DNA of 64,000 nucleotides from the NCBI GenBank assembly GCA_964342815.1, contig CAYFHS010000010.1:32001-96000 (forward strand), written 5' to 3'. This DNA comes from an uncultured archaeon (lineage in GTDB: Archaea > Thermoplasmatota > Penumbrarchaeia > JASLWR01). The notes beneath the pieces were generated by a model. That model did no database searches. It was not told the DNA's origin and saw only the letters and a list, made by a program, of their open reading frames with translations. Below are positions 28,501 through 38,581 of the stretch, piece by piece; position 1 is the first letter of the stretch; each line of letters begins with the position of its first letter. Both the position numbers and the translations under genes were made by a program.

Positions 28501-29772
28501 ATCTGGATCGGTGAAGTTCCATTCAAGGGTGGGGGTGCTGCTACCCTGCCACTCGTGGGAATTCGGGGCGAATGGTTCCGGGTCGTCCACAAGGTCTATC
28601 TCTATCACCACCTTGTCTATGTAAGGCGTCACCTCTTCATCCTTGGTGGTGAGAGTGGCATTCCACATCAACTGGGAACCGATGTGCGTAAACACATGGT
28701 TGGTATGATTGGCTACAGTATCCCAGTGCTCCCCGTCAGCTGTAATATTGTAGATTATGTCCGTCCCTGGTGGTTTGTGTTCATACCAGGTCAACCGAAC
28801 GGCTCCAACAGCCTTCAGAGTGTCATGCAGAACTTTGGATTGCACGTGAGACCGGTTGTTCATAATTCCTGTGGCTCCGAAGCGTATGTCGTCGATACCC
28901 ACCACGTCGCCGCCGTTGTTAGGTATGTTCCAGACCACCGATCGTATGGAATTGACCCCGCCGTCAGTAACTCCCATGAATACCATGTTGTTCCTCTGAT
29001 AGTTATTGTTTGGCGCTGTGGCCGTTGCGATGAGATTTCCATTTCCCTGCACACCGGAGTAGCCTTTAAGTCTCATACCTCCTCCTTGAAACTTGTCAAC
29101 CACCATGAACCCGACTCCCGACTGGGCGTTGCCAAAGGTCATGGTAAATTGAGAATTCGGCCCTATGTTTGTCAGCATTCCCGATGCTTGATGCGGTCCC
29201 TCGCCCTGAATGGCCCCACCCTGGTTTCCTTGGCCCGGCCCTGCGCTATTCTGGACGTTACCGCTGGTGGAGGTCATAGAACTTATACCTATCCCTGCAT
29301 AGAAGTTTGCCTGCAATGCGCCGTTTGGATGGTTGTTGAAATTGGCCTGGGTATTGATGAACATACTTCCCATAGCGGTATTGAAGTTTGCAAGACTGAC
29401 ATGACCGGTTGGGGAGCCTCCAGCGCCTCCTGCTCCGGATAGAAGTATTCTGCCCTGGAACGTGTCCATCCCAGCGGTGGAATTGCTGAAATCTATAAAA
29501 TCTACATTCTTGAAATCATCTATGAAGACCTTGCCGTACCTTGTTTTTGACGTATCGGATTCACTGGGAAAAACATTGGAAAGACCGGCAAAACACTCTA
29601 CACTGCTTTGATCCCATCTGTATGAAACACGGAGAATGGATGTGAACGAGAGAAAAGAAACTAGGGAAAGGATCAGCACAATTCGCAGAGTACTTGTTTT
29701 ATCGTTCATCTCATGAGACATGTGAACCAATACCATAATACATGATATACGAAATATTTCATATTTTCGCAA
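25501..29772 (-). CDS. Array paralog C: tip = beta-sandwich resembling domains of PEP-CTERM proteins (likely start ATG 29721 or 29709)
   Basis: Same scaffold; tip ends FMGVTD..SIRSVVW..GDVVGIDDIRFG. Confidence 0.9.
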   Translation of the reverse strand: MRKYEIFRISCIMVLVHMSHEMNDKTSTLRIVLILSLVSFLSFTSILRVSYRWDQSSVECFAGLSNVFPSESDTSKTRYGKVFIDDFKNVDFIDFSNSTAGMDTFQGRILLSGAGGAGGSPTGHVSLANFNTAMGSMFINTQANFNNHPNGALQANFYAGIGISSMTSTSGNVQNSAGPGQGNQGGAIQGEGPHQASGMLTNIGPNSQFTMTFGNAQSGVGFMVVDKFQGGGMRLKGYSGVQGNGNLIATATAPNNNYQRNNMVFMGVTDGGVNSIRSVVWNIPNNGGDVVGIDDIRFGATGIMNNRSHVQSKVLHDTLKAVGAVRLTWYEHKPPGTDIIYNITADGEHWDTVANHTNHVFTHIGSQLMWNATLTTKDEEVTPYIDKVVIEIDLVDDPEPFAPNSHEWQGSSTPTLEWNFTDPDPGDHQSEYFVEMYSDDEGTDMVFNSSWKNSTTPKHVVEDDLEDGTYFWRVRTRDIYHASSNFSALKKIMIDVTKPVRNITIEEGALTVNEQLVDIRINASDNGSGIADMQIINDRGKDGPWEEFKTEKRISLVPSDGLKTIGVRFRDNASIVSEIFNDTIYLDLLGPDEINVSSTTHPTPEMYYNSTLPVFSWDPPREVGGIKGYSYLVDPSPLTEPTKVLYTPNSEITGTFAGEFSGLTDGTWFFHICASDIYDQWGNTSHFRFNIDTSIPLISEMGPDNTVWYNSGNALAEAVFTDIDSFGLDLESIKYSYRISGGNSFSSWTNDGMEFEILEKSTENNPVKVRAYVNIPLSEGSDNTIRWRISDLAGNGPALSEKWSVKVDKSPVTFSMPVPETEEIFLEDMLICGITVSDAGGSGVDGKTIEYAVSKYGEDKKYFQNWTAISNHMVKESIDVSLEIQFEPGKDNYIRWRAKDAVGNGYSISDTYRIWINSPPVPSIMKPYDGETFKEGSIIQLNASGSEDNEGDELSYFWIIKGKTSKKTVFKGHGLGCQAVLDQPGRFLVYLYVDDGLGFNESVKLGIEIVPRPVDEDDDDGNVWDDTIDSDGDLLPDWWEIENGLDPNDPNDASQEKMDAYENELNEKKSNNAAEDGLLAKYWWLLIIIGSLILISVIAVILLAASKKRKEKKQIPTQIPPPKSFHPYPQGQNLGFAPSGYAPMGTPGYGGMYGGRNPQYGAGANPPLALPPGPGAPYSGSPNQAGMPGSWSQQPISPGLHTLPPSAQTASSSAPNYLLPSFTTDQGLQDMNLLALPPAPEYEDVTYGTMGNDPIADHNPSTAVPVPEIVAPYPVPPSSQEIQSPAIPFPDVTPEIATQYPTPAPEIDPSAVASGNYPAPETAAPSPMPPSSPNIVPPAVPPPITSVGSEASSYDDLPGIPAAPSPLPPEAPQPLGQEPPASGQSVFSNVQCHVCTAMNLLTTAERPTIVTCTSCGAQGLVTE

Positions 29773-32700
29773 TTATTCTGCAAGGTATCCCTGTGCGCTA
29801 CAGTTAGTACATGTTATTGTTGTGGGCCGCTCGGTTGTCTCGACCTGGTTCATGGAACCGCAGGCATGGCATTGAACGCCGGGCAGTTCGGTTTTTTCCT
29901 CTACGGGAGACTCAGCAGGCATTTCGGATTCTGTAGTTCCCTCTGTCGGCAGGGAGGAAAATATATCCTCAAGGGGGCCAGGAACGCTTTCCTCCGTTTC
30001 CGGTGCCGGTGATATGGGTCCGTCCACGGCGGGCTGGTCCTGTGTGTTATCCATTCCGGCTTCATTTACCAAGCCGCTTTCGGCATCGACCTGATCAATT
30101 GGGGCCGCTTCCACGCCGGTAGCAGGAGGAAGCGCCTTAAGATCGAGGTTCGGAGTGCCCAGTCCGGAGGTAGACACCGGAAGAGAATATTCAGGGGAAT
30201 TTTCAGATGTTTCCTCCTGTTGAGCTCCCATTTCCGGTGCGATCAATGAAAGGTCCAGGGGAGGTAGTGTCAGGTCCATGAGCGGCTGTAGTTCCATGGG
30301 ACTTTCCGTGCTCATGGGGAGTGCGGGTCGATGAGGATCCGGGACGGTACCTGCCGTAGGTGGAAGCTGTACCTGTGGATAATTATTAACAGGCGCCCCT
30401 CCCGTCCCTCCTCCCCAACCACCACCGGTTCCATAGGACGGAGAATATCCGGGTTGAGATTGCAGCGAAGCGTACATCTCGGAATACTGCGGATAGTGAA
30501 AGTCCCTGGAACCCATTGGGTACGGATCAGGAGAGTAACGCTGCTGAGGGGTATATTCCACATTATCCACCTCTTCTTCATTTTTCCCCTTTTTCACAGT
30601 TATTACGATTATCCCAATTATCATCAGCACTACGAGAACGCCTACAATGAGCAGGATCCACCAGTAACTCGACAGAAAATCGTCTTCCACAGCTGTCGCA
30701 CCCTGATGTTTTGCAAGTTCACTGCGATAGAGATCTTTCTGTGGATCGGTGGCGTCGTTGGGGTTACCCAGGTTCAGGCCCTTGAGTTCCTCCCACCAGT
30801 CCGGGAGCCCGTCGCCGTCGCTGTCCGTTTTATCCTCCCACCGCTTCGTCACTTCGTTTCCTGTGGGTTGGGGGATAACCTCGATTGTCAGCTTTATGCT
30901 CTCGTTGAAGCCGAGGCCGTCATTCACATACAGGTAAACCAGATATTTGCCAGTTTTGTCAAGTGTGGTATTGGCATCTGGCCCCCAGGCTTTGAAAACG
31001 ATCTTTTTGCTGGTCTTCCCCTTTAACTCCCAGTAGTAGCTGAGCTCGTCCCCCTCGTTATCCTCCGTCCCTATAGCGCTGAGGGTGACTGTGGCGCCAT
31101 CTTCGAATTTCTGATCGTCGTAAGGTAAGGCAATTACCGGGGAGGGAGCCGAATTGACCCAGATACGGACAACTTCGGACACGGCGTATCCGTTCCCAAC
31201 AGCATCTTTCGCACGCCACATGATATAATTGTCCCGCCCTGGTTCGAACCCAATGTCCATCAGAACTACGAGGATCTCATTTACCATGTTGTTGTTCGCA
31301 TTTGTCCAGTTGACAAAATATTTCGAGTCGTTACCAAATGCAGAGATAGAATATTCCACAGTCTTTCCATCCACACCGCTTCCGCCTGCATCGCTGATTG
31401 TCAGGCCGACGGAAACCATGGTATCTATGGATACAATATCATTGGCAGGAAGCGGATCTGAGAAGGTCACCGGGGTGAGGTCCACCTTGATGGTAAGCCT
31501 ATCGCTCTCAACGGGGCCGTTTCCGGATATATCGTTTACGCGCCATAATACAGCGTTCCGGTCACCCTCCGCGAGACCCAGCTGAACCCATGCCCTGACC
31601 TTCACGGGATTATCATCGATACCTTCCTCCAATATCTCGAATTCCATTTCGTCGGACGTCCATCCCGAGAATGTTCCCTCGCCGCTCTTCCGGTACGAAT
31701 ATTCTATGGTATTGGTGTCCAGACCGAAACCTTCAGCATCGGCAAAGGTGGCCTCCACAAGGATGTCGGTGCGCCTGAACCATTCACCGTCCGTCGGAAC
31801 AAATCCGGAGATAACAGGGGCGATGCTGTCTATGTTGAACCGGAAATGAGTGGTGTTGCCCCATTGGTCGTAAATGTCACAGGGAGTTATATGAAAATAC
31901 CACGTCCCCTCGCTGAGCCCGGCAAACTCGCCGGGATAGGTTCCCGTAAGATCGTTGTTCTGGTTGTAAAGCACTTTAGGTGGTTCTGTGACAGGCGTGC
32001 TGTCCACGGTATACGTATATCCCTTTATACCGGTCACTTCGTACGGCGGTTCCCAGGAGAAGACCGGGAGGGTGCTGTTATAATACACCATGGGATCCGG
32101 ATGAGTTGGAGAGGTCACTTCGATATCGAAAGGTCCCTTGAGATCGAAATAGATAGTATCGTTATAATCCTCCGAGACGATCCCCGCGTTATCCCGAAAC
32201 CGAATAATTATCTTCTTCAACCCGTCGAGAGGGGTGAGGGCGAAACGTTTCTCTGTGGCGAATTCCTCCCAGGGACCTTCGTTCCCCCGATCACCTATGA
32301 TCTGCATATCCGCAACGCCCGAAGCGTTGTCGAAGGCATGGATGGCCAGGTCGACCAGTTTATCGTTTACCGAGGAAATGCCTTCATGTATGGTTATATT
32401 GCCCACGGGGCGGGTCACATCGATCTTGAAACTTTTTTTGTAGGAGTAATTGCTGGCGACATTATAGTTGTCCTTTGTTCGCGCCCTCCAGAAGTATACG
32501 CCATCCACCAATGAATCCGATATGGTATGTTCCGTAAAGGAGGAATTCACCCATGAGGAATTGTATATTTGATTGCTCAACTGTTCATCGTTGTAAATCT
32601 CCACCAAGTATTCTGATTGGTAATCGCCCTTATCCGGATCAGTGAAGTTCCACTCCAGTTTCGGGGTCTGGGTTCCCTGCCATATATGAGATTGGGGCAG

Positions 32701-33945
32701 GTGGGGCTGAGGATTGCTGAATAGGTCATACTCGATAATGATCTTGTCTATGTACGGGCTGATATTCTTGTCATCGGTCTTTATTGTAGCATTCCATCTC
32801 AATGCCGATCCGCGGTGCTCTAGAATGTATGACGTTTCGTTCTCAACGGTTATCCAGTTCTTCCCGTCAACACTTAACTTGTATATGATTTCCGTACCCT
32901 GGGGAAGATGCTCGAACCAGGTGGCTTTCACAGCTCCTATGGTCTTGGCCTCATCATACAGTATTTTCGATTGTATATAGGTTATATTCGTGGGAGGCTC
33001 GATATCGTTACCGAGGTAGGCGTTGCCGTCTGATATTTTGTAACGGTGTGGGTTGTTGTTGTTGGCAGAAATACAATATTCCTCCCCATTGAAAGCCATG
33101 TTGTAGATGCTTTCCTGAACGTTGAACTGTCCCACCAAAGCGCCATTGGCCGGGTTGATGATGCCAACATTCTGAATATTATTGTTATAGCCCCCCACAT
33201 ATAATAAACCATTAGCAAAGGCAAGACCCCCGTACACCCTGGGATTGCCGTTTATATTGAAATTTCTGACATGCTGCCCGTTATCCTTTCGGAGAACCCT
33301 CACTTGGTTCTGGTTATAAACCATTGCATAAACGTAATTGTCATCGCAGCAAACGCCTCCGGTGGTGCTTCCCATGTGATACGACCATATCTGGTTGTTG
33401 CCGCGGTCGGACCATTTATAAACTCTGTCATTTCCCCAATTTGCAGTATAGTATGTCCCATCCTTATCTCCCCAGAGCTGCATAATATTTCCGGTTCCGC
33501 TGTTGAAGGAGCCCAGATAGTTGTTATTAATGTCGTACCGGTAGATCGTGCTCCCGGCCCACTGGGGATACCAGTACTCATTGTATTTAGGACTGAATCC
33601 GCCACCGTGTGATCGTGTGTTCTGGTTCATCCTGCCTTTATAGGTAGGCGGGATTATGGGGCTGCTACCCCACAGCATAACCCGACCGTCCATTGTGCGA
33701 ATTGAAGCTGTAGTATTGGAGCTGTCGATATACGTCAGATTGTTGAAATCCTCAACAATTCGATTGCCGTAACGAGTTTTTGACTCGGAGATTTCAGGAA
33801 GCTCTGGTCGCAAAACCCCGGATTTCTTTGTCTCTTCCACAGATGATGTGGAGTGAAATACAATGGAGATCATCAGAATGCAGATACCGAAAGATATTAG
33901 TTTTGAAAAACCCATTTTTTTCTCAATCAAGAAATTTATTGGCAT
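29773..33945 (-). CDS. Array paralog D: tip = beta-propeller
   Basis: Same scaffold; tip has about five ~40-aa four-stranded repeats. Confidence 0.9.
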   Translation of the reverse strand: MPINFLIEKKMGFSKLISFGICILMISIVFHSTSSVEETKKSGVLRPELPEISESKTRYGNRIVEDFNNLTYIDSSNTTASIRTMDGRVMLWGSSPIIPPTYKGRMNQNTRSHGGGFSPKYNEYWYPQWAGSTIYRYDINNNYLGSFNSGTGNIMQLWGDKDGTYYTANWGNDRVYKWSDRGNNQIWSYHMGSTTGGVCCDDNYVYAMVYNQNQVRVLRKDNGQHVRNFNINGNPRVYGGLAFANGLLYVGGYNNNIQNVGIINPANGALVGQFNVQESIYNMAFNGEEYCISANNNNPHRYKISDGNAYLGNDIEPPTNITYIQSKILYDEAKTIGAVKATWFEHLPQGTEIIYKLSVDGKNWITVENETSYILEHRGSALRWNATIKTDDKNISPYIDKIIIEYDLFSNPQPHLPQSHIWQGTQTPKLEWNFTDPDKGDYQSEYLVEIYNDEQLSNQIYNSSWVNSSFTEHTISDSLVDGVYFWRARTKDNYNVASNYSYKKSFKIDVTRPVGNITIHEGISSVNDKLVDLAIHAFDNASGVADMQIIGDRGNEGPWEEFATEKRFALTPLDGLKKIIIRFRDNAGIVSEDYNDTIYFDLKGPFDIEVTSPTHPDPMVYYNSTLPVFSWEPPYEVTGIKGYTYTVDSTPVTEPPKVLYNQNNDLTGTYPGEFAGLSEGTWYFHITPCDIYDQWGNTTHFRFNIDSIAPVISGFVPTDGEWFRRTDILVEATFADAEGFGLDTNTIEYSYRKSGEGTFSGWTSDEMEFEILEEGIDDNPVKVRAWVQLGLAEGDRNAVLWRVNDISGNGPVESDRLTIKVDLTPVTFSDPLPANDIVSIDTMVSVGLTISDAGGSGVDGKTVEYSISAFGNDSKYFVNWTNANNNMVNEILVVLMDIGFEPGRDNYIMWRAKDAVGNGYAVSEVVRIWVNSAPSPVIALPYDDQKFEDGATVTLSAIGTEDNEGDELSYYWELKGKTSKKIVFKAWGPDANTTLDKTGKYLVYLYVNDGLGFNESIKLTIEVIPQPTGNEVTKRWEDKTDSDGDGLPDWWEELKGLNLGNPNDATDPQKDLYRSELAKHQGATAVEDDFLSSYWWILLIVGVLVVLMIIGIIVITVKKGKNEEEVDNVEYTPQQRYSPDPYPMGSRDFHYPQYSEMYASLQSQPGYSPSYGTGGGWGGGTGGAPVNNYPQVQLPPTAGTVPDPHRPALPMSTESPMELQPLMDLTLPPLDLSLIAPEMGAQQEETSENSPEYSLPVSTSGLGTPNLDLKALPPATGVEAAPIDQVDAESGLVNEAGMDNTQDQPAVDGPISPAPETEESVPGPLEDIFSSLPTEGTTESEMPAESPVEEKTELPGVQCHACGSMNQVETTERPTTITCTNCSAQGYLAE

Positions 33946-34225
33946 ATGCTACCACCTTGTTATACACGTATAAATTATCGTAAAAATAAAGATTACGATA
34001 TAGCTTATTAAGCGGGAAATCGAATCCCAATTAAGAAATACTCTATCTTTTTTCCTACATTTAAATTTTTATATTCCTACTTCGAATTTTTTAGATTTCT
34101 AAAATTCACTATTATTTACACGACATCAAAGCAAATAAATCAAGAACCTCATGTCAGCGACAAAACATTCTTGGGGCTGTCCCTAAATAGAATCGATCCT
34201 TATGTCAAGAGACAAAAAGGGTAAT

Positions 34226-37200
34226 TTAAACGGCGAATCCCTGCACGCCACAGGAAGAACAGATCACAACCGCCGGTCGTACGTTCGTGGTCACCTGATT
34301 CACGGCCCCGCAGGCGTGACAGGGGATGCTCTGGGGCGATGGAGTTGGCGGAATCTCCGGTGCTGGGGGAGACTGGGTGGGAAGGGGCGGTTCAGCAGGG
34401 GGCAGGGGTAGCTCACCGCTTTGACGTTGACCGAATATATCATTCAGCAGGTCGTCCGCGCTTTTTGCGGTGGAAATCAACGGTTGCGGTGAACGGGGAA
34501 CCACTTGCGGTACAGCTGGAGATGAAGACGGAACCGATGGCGGAATTTCCGGCACGGGAGCCACCGGTTGTGGATCCGCCATGGTACCAGGAAGAGCATC
34601 GAACGACAGCGGTTCCTGCGCAGGCATGGCCGTACTCGGATCGAAGGCACCAACAGTACCGGTCTCATCCTCCGGGGCCGGAGGCAGGGCCATGCGATTG
34701 AGATTCATAGTACCACGCTCGGTTGAGAATTCAGGCAGGGAATAATTGGGTATGCCAGGTGAGAGGGGTGCCGCTCCGATTTGTGCCACCCGGGGTGCTG
34801 GCAGGGCCGGGGGATTGTAAGTTGAACCAGTGGGTGATAATTGGTTGGCAGCTAAAGGTAATTGTTGCCCTCCTCCTGCATATGGGGCTTGGTAAGATGG
34901 CATCTGTCCACTGGTAGTTGGAGCATAACCCCCACCGGATTGCGGAAAGTTCCCCTGGCCATATCCGGTCGCACCCCCATACGGGGTCCCGGAAACCGCT
35001 TGGGCCTGGTATCCAGTGGCCGTATTCGAATGCGGTGGTTGGTAGTATGCCCCAACGCTAGGCGGATACGAACCTTGTGAGGCCCGCAGCCTGGGCAGCT
35101 CACCCTTCTGCTCTCTTTCCTTTTTCCTTTTCTTTCTCACAGCTATGATGATTATCATGATGATCAATATTATCACAACGGCCGCGCCGATCACAAGTAG
35201 CCACCAGTAATCCGATAGCAAACTTTTCTCGGGGCCGCTCTTCACTTGATGTTCTCTGAGTTCCGCATCGTATTTTTCTTTCGATTCCGTTGTGGCGTCG
35301 TTTGGGTTGTCGGGGTCCAAGCCGTTCAACTTCTCCCACCAGTCGGGAAGTTCGTCGCCATCGCTGTCAGTTGTATCGTCCCACCTCTCCTCCACTTCGC
35401 TTTCGGTGGGTTTCGGGGTCACTTCGATAGTCAGTTTCACACTCTCGTTGAAACCGTAACCGTCATTCACATAAAGATAGAGTAGATATTTACCCACCTG
35501 AGCCAGTGTCGTCTGGGTGCCGATACCGTAACCCTTAAAATGAATTTTTTTAGTGGTCTTCCCCTTTATCTCCCAGTAATAGTTCAGTTCGTCCCCCTCG
35601 TTATCCTCTGTTCCCGTGGCATTCAAGTGAATGATGCTGCCTTCCTCGAATGTCTCTCCATCATACGGCCGATCTATAACGGGGACGGGGGCCGAGTTCA
35701 CCCATACCCGGAAAGCCTCGGATTCGGCGAAACCATTCCCTACTGCATCCTTCGCCCGCCATTTTACATAATTATCGCGGCCCGGTTCGAACTGGATGTC
35801 CATGAGCAAGTCCATGGTTTCCTTCACCAGGTTGTAATTGATATTGGTCCAGTTTATAAAATATTTCTCGTCATCACCATATTTGGATGTGGAATACTCG
35901 ATGGTCTTTCCATCAACACCGCTGCCTCCGGAATCGTCGATGTTAATACCAATGGACACGGAGGTTTCGCTGGAAACCTCGTCGAAGGCGGGAAGTGGAT
36001 CGGAAAAGGTCACCGGGCTGAGGTCCACCTTGATCTGCAGTTTTTCACTTAACGTCGGGCCGTTTCCGGACATGTCGGTAATACGCCACATGACGGCATT
36101 TTCAGCTCCCTCGTTCAACTCAATACTGGCCCAAGCTCGGACCTTCAATGGATTTTTCTCTGTACTTCTCTCCAATACCTCGAATTCTATCCCGTCGTCC
36201 GTCCACGCTGTAAAAGAGTTCTCACCGCTCTTTCTGTAAGTGTAGGCCAAACTTTCCTCATCCAGACCGAAACCCTCAGGGTCCAGAAATGTAACTTGGG
36301 ATAATATCTCCGTAGTTCCATGCCAATCCCCACTTGACGTGACAATCTGAGAAACAACAGGGGGGACACTGTCGATGTTGAATTGGAAATGGGTAGTATT
36401 CCCCCATTGATCGTAAACATCACAGGGCGTAATGTGGAAATACCAGATTCCCTCGCTCAGCCCCGCGAACTCGCCCGGGCTTGTTTCTACAAGATCGCTG
36501 TTTTGCGAATAGAGGACCTTGGTCGGTTCACTGAGAGGCGTACTGTCCACTGTATATGAATATCCCTTTATTCCCGTTACTTCGTACGGAGGGTCCCATG
36601 AAAAGACGGGTAGTGTGCTGTTATAATACATCTGATCGTCCGGGTGTGTGGAAGAGCTGACCTCAATATCAAAGGGTCCCGTGAGATCGAAATAAACAGT
36701 ATCGTTGAACTCATCTGAAACGATGCCTGCGTGGTCCCTGAATCTTACTCTTATCTTTTTGATACCATCCTTGGGTGTCAGGGAGACTCTCTTCCCGCTC
36801 TTGAACTCTTCCCAGGGCCCGACATTCCCCCGGTCGCCTGTGATCTGCATGTCGGCGATTCCGCTGCCGTTGTCGGAGGCTTTAATGGCAATATCAACCA
36901 GCTGCTCGTTCACAGAAAGAGCTCCGTCCTCAATGGTGATATTACCTATCGGTTTCGTAACGTCGATCAATATTTTCTTGAGAATGGAGAAGTTACTGGG
37001 TGCATGATAGATATCCTTTGTCCTAACCCGCCAGTAATACGTCCCGTCCTCCAACTCCTTAACGAGAACATGCTTCGGCTCCGTAGAATTCAGCCAAGTA
37101 GTGTTATAGACCATTGTGTTCATTTCTAGCTCCGAATAGATCTCCAAGAGATAATCTGACTGGTGATCGCCTTTATCGGGATCTGTGAAATTCCATTCCA

Positions 37201-38386
37201 GAGTGGGGGTCGAAGTACCCTGCCATACTTCCGAATTCGGCTTATTCGGTTCCGGTTGGCTCACCAGATCATACTCTATTATTACCTTGTATATCGCTGG
37301 AGATATCTCCGGATCATTCGTCCTCATGGTGGCGTTCCATCTCAGCTTTGATCCCTGGAATTCGAATATATGGTTCGTTGCATTCTCCATGGTCACCCAG
37401 TGTTCATCATCCACTGTCATATTGTAGATGATACTGGTACCAGGCGGTGTGTTCTCATACCAGATGATTCTCGCTGCCCCGATGGTCGGCATCTTATTGT
37501 GAATGATGTGGGAATGTATGTATCCCAGCTTCTTGTCGCCGGAGAACATGCTGCCAGGTAGCTCAATTGCCATAACGGCCAAAGTCTGGGAACCTTGATG
37601 ATTGCTTTCCTCCCGAAGCGGTGTGCGCCCGTCCAGCTCCGTGGCCATCCCAACAGCGTTTGCATTGGTCCAATCGTTGCAGGTCTGCCCGTTTACAAAT
37701 TGTCCTCTTACATTCGAGCCTGTCCAGCCGTCAGCATCCGACCAATCGGGATTGGCACCGGTATTCTCATTCACTTCACGGTTAACAAAGGTTCTTAAAT
37801 ATCCTCCATTGGACCAGCTTGGATTGTCACCCTGAAATATTCGGTTCCAATTGTTATACATGGCGTTCTTGTTTCGGTCTACTATTGGCATGTTGGATGC
37901 ATAAGGCTCAGGTATGATATCCTTCATGTGCTGCTGCGATGAAGACAGCATTGCCTTCCAGCGAGAGGCCCCGAATCCCTGCTGCGCAGCATTCTGGTTG
38001 ACCAGACTATCAGCTCCTGCAATACCACCCATATTTCCATTGTGGGCATTGTCCATGGCTGTGAAAATGAGCTTTCCGGGGAATGTTTCCGTCCCTCCCA
38101 GAAACACGATACCCCGGCTGGTATCCACTCCTGCGCTGGTATTTGTAAGGTCGATCCCTTCGGCGTTATCGAAATCCTCCACAATAACGTTTCCGTAGCG
38201 CGTTCTCAAAGAAGATTCGCCTGAAGTTCCCGCATTATCGTACCCTGCGATCACAAAGGCATCGGTTGGGATCGGATCGCTCTTATATGGAAAGGAACTG
38301 TTAAGAAATAAAATTAGTAATGTGATGGAAAGCAGGGAAACCATCAATCTGGTCTTATTTTTATCTGAAAACCTCATAGAGACCAA
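34226..38386 (-). CDS. Array paralog E: tip = endostatin/DUF1554-like domain
   Basis: Same scaffold; tip has HNGNMGGIAGADSL...RWKAMLSS...GWTGS...TCNDWT. Confidence 0.9.
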   Translation of the reverse strand: MVSMRFSDKNKTRLMVSLLSITLLILFLNSSFPYKSDPIPTDAFVIAGYDNAGTSGESSLRTRYGNVIVEDFDNAEGIDLTNTSAGVDTSRGIVFLGGTETFPGKLIFTAMDNAHNGNMGGIAGADSLVNQNAAQQGFGASRWKAMLSSSQQHMKDIIPEPYASNMPIVDRNKNAMYNNWNRIFQGDNPSWSNGGYLRTFVNREVNENTGANPDWSDADGWTGSNVRGQFVNGQTCNDWTNANAVGMATELDGRTPLREESNHQGSQTLAVMAIELPGSMFSGDKKLGYIHSHIIHNKMPTIGAARIIWYENTPPGTSIIYNMTVDDEHWVTMENATNHIFEFQGSKLRWNATMRTNDPEISPAIYKVIIEYDLVSQPEPNKPNSEVWQGTSTPTLEWNFTDPDKGDHQSDYLLEIYSELEMNTMVYNTTWLNSTEPKHVLVKELEDGTYYWRVRTKDIYHAPSNFSILKKILIDVTKPIGNITIEDGALSVNEQLVDIAIKASDNGSGIADMQITGDRGNVGPWEEFKSGKRVSLTPKDGIKKIRVRFRDHAGIVSDEFNDTVYFDLTGPFDIEVSSSTHPDDQMYYNSTLPVFSWDPPYEVTGIKGYSYTVDSTPLSEPTKVLYSQNSDLVETSPGEFAGLSEGIWYFHITPCDVYDQWGNTTHFQFNIDSVPPVVSQIVTSSGDWHGTTEILSQVTFLDPEGFGLDEESLAYTYRKSGENSFTAWTDDGIEFEVLERSTEKNPLKVRAWASIELNEGAENAVMWRITDMSGNGPTLSEKLQIKVDLSPVTFSDPLPAFDEVSSETSVSIGINIDDSGGSGVDGKTIEYSTSKYGDDEKYFINWTNINYNLVKETMDLLMDIQFEPGRDNYVKWRAKDAVGNGFAESEAFRVWVNSAPVPVIDRPYDGETFEEGSIIHLNATGTEDNEGDELNYYWEIKGKTTKKIHFKGYGIGTQTTLAQVGKYLLYLYVNDGYGFNESVKLTIEVTPKPTESEVEERWDDTTDSDGDELPDWWEKLNGLDPDNPNDATTESKEKYDAELREHQVKSGPEKSLLSDYWWLLVIGAAVVIILIIMIIIIAVRKKRKKEREQKGELPRLRASQGSYPPSVGAYYQPPHSNTATGYQAQAVSGTPYGGATGYGQGNFPQSGGGYAPTTSGQMPSYQAPYAGGGQQLPLAANQLSPTGSTYNPPALPAPRVAQIGAAPLSPGIPNYSLPEFSTERGTMNLNRMALPPAPEDETGTVGAFDPSTAMPAQEPLSFDALPGTMADPQPVAPVPEIPPSVPSSSPAVPQVVPRSPQPLISTAKSADDLLNDIFGQRQSGELPLPPAEPPLPTQSPPAPEIPPTPSPQSIPCHACGAVNQVTTNVRPAVVICSSCGVQGFAV

Positions 38387-38581
38387 CTAAAAACTAACAC
38401 GGTAAACAAGATATTTCATTTTTTCTCAATATGTTGTCATAAGAGTGAACTTTAACCAGTTGTAAGGCATCGGAGAGTCATCAATGTTGCGTGCTCATTA
38501 ATGATGGTATTTCAGAATGACTGCTTTTTTTCGAAAATAAAATCAATTGAAATAGGGTTAGGCCGAGATCGCCGTCCAATT

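Noticed and set aside
28330-29442. 370-aa + strand ORF and the many similar antisense ORFs (e.g. 978..1667, 20273..20986, 23685..24386, 30331..31026, 31846..32514)
   Set aside because: Shadow frames of well-supported genes on the opposite strand, with no recognisable motifs.
29770-29775. Paralogs D and C abut in frame (TAA then TTG), suggesting readthrough fusion
   Set aside because: The stop is TAA at the conserved Zn-ribbon end, and C has its own downstream ATG and signal peptide.
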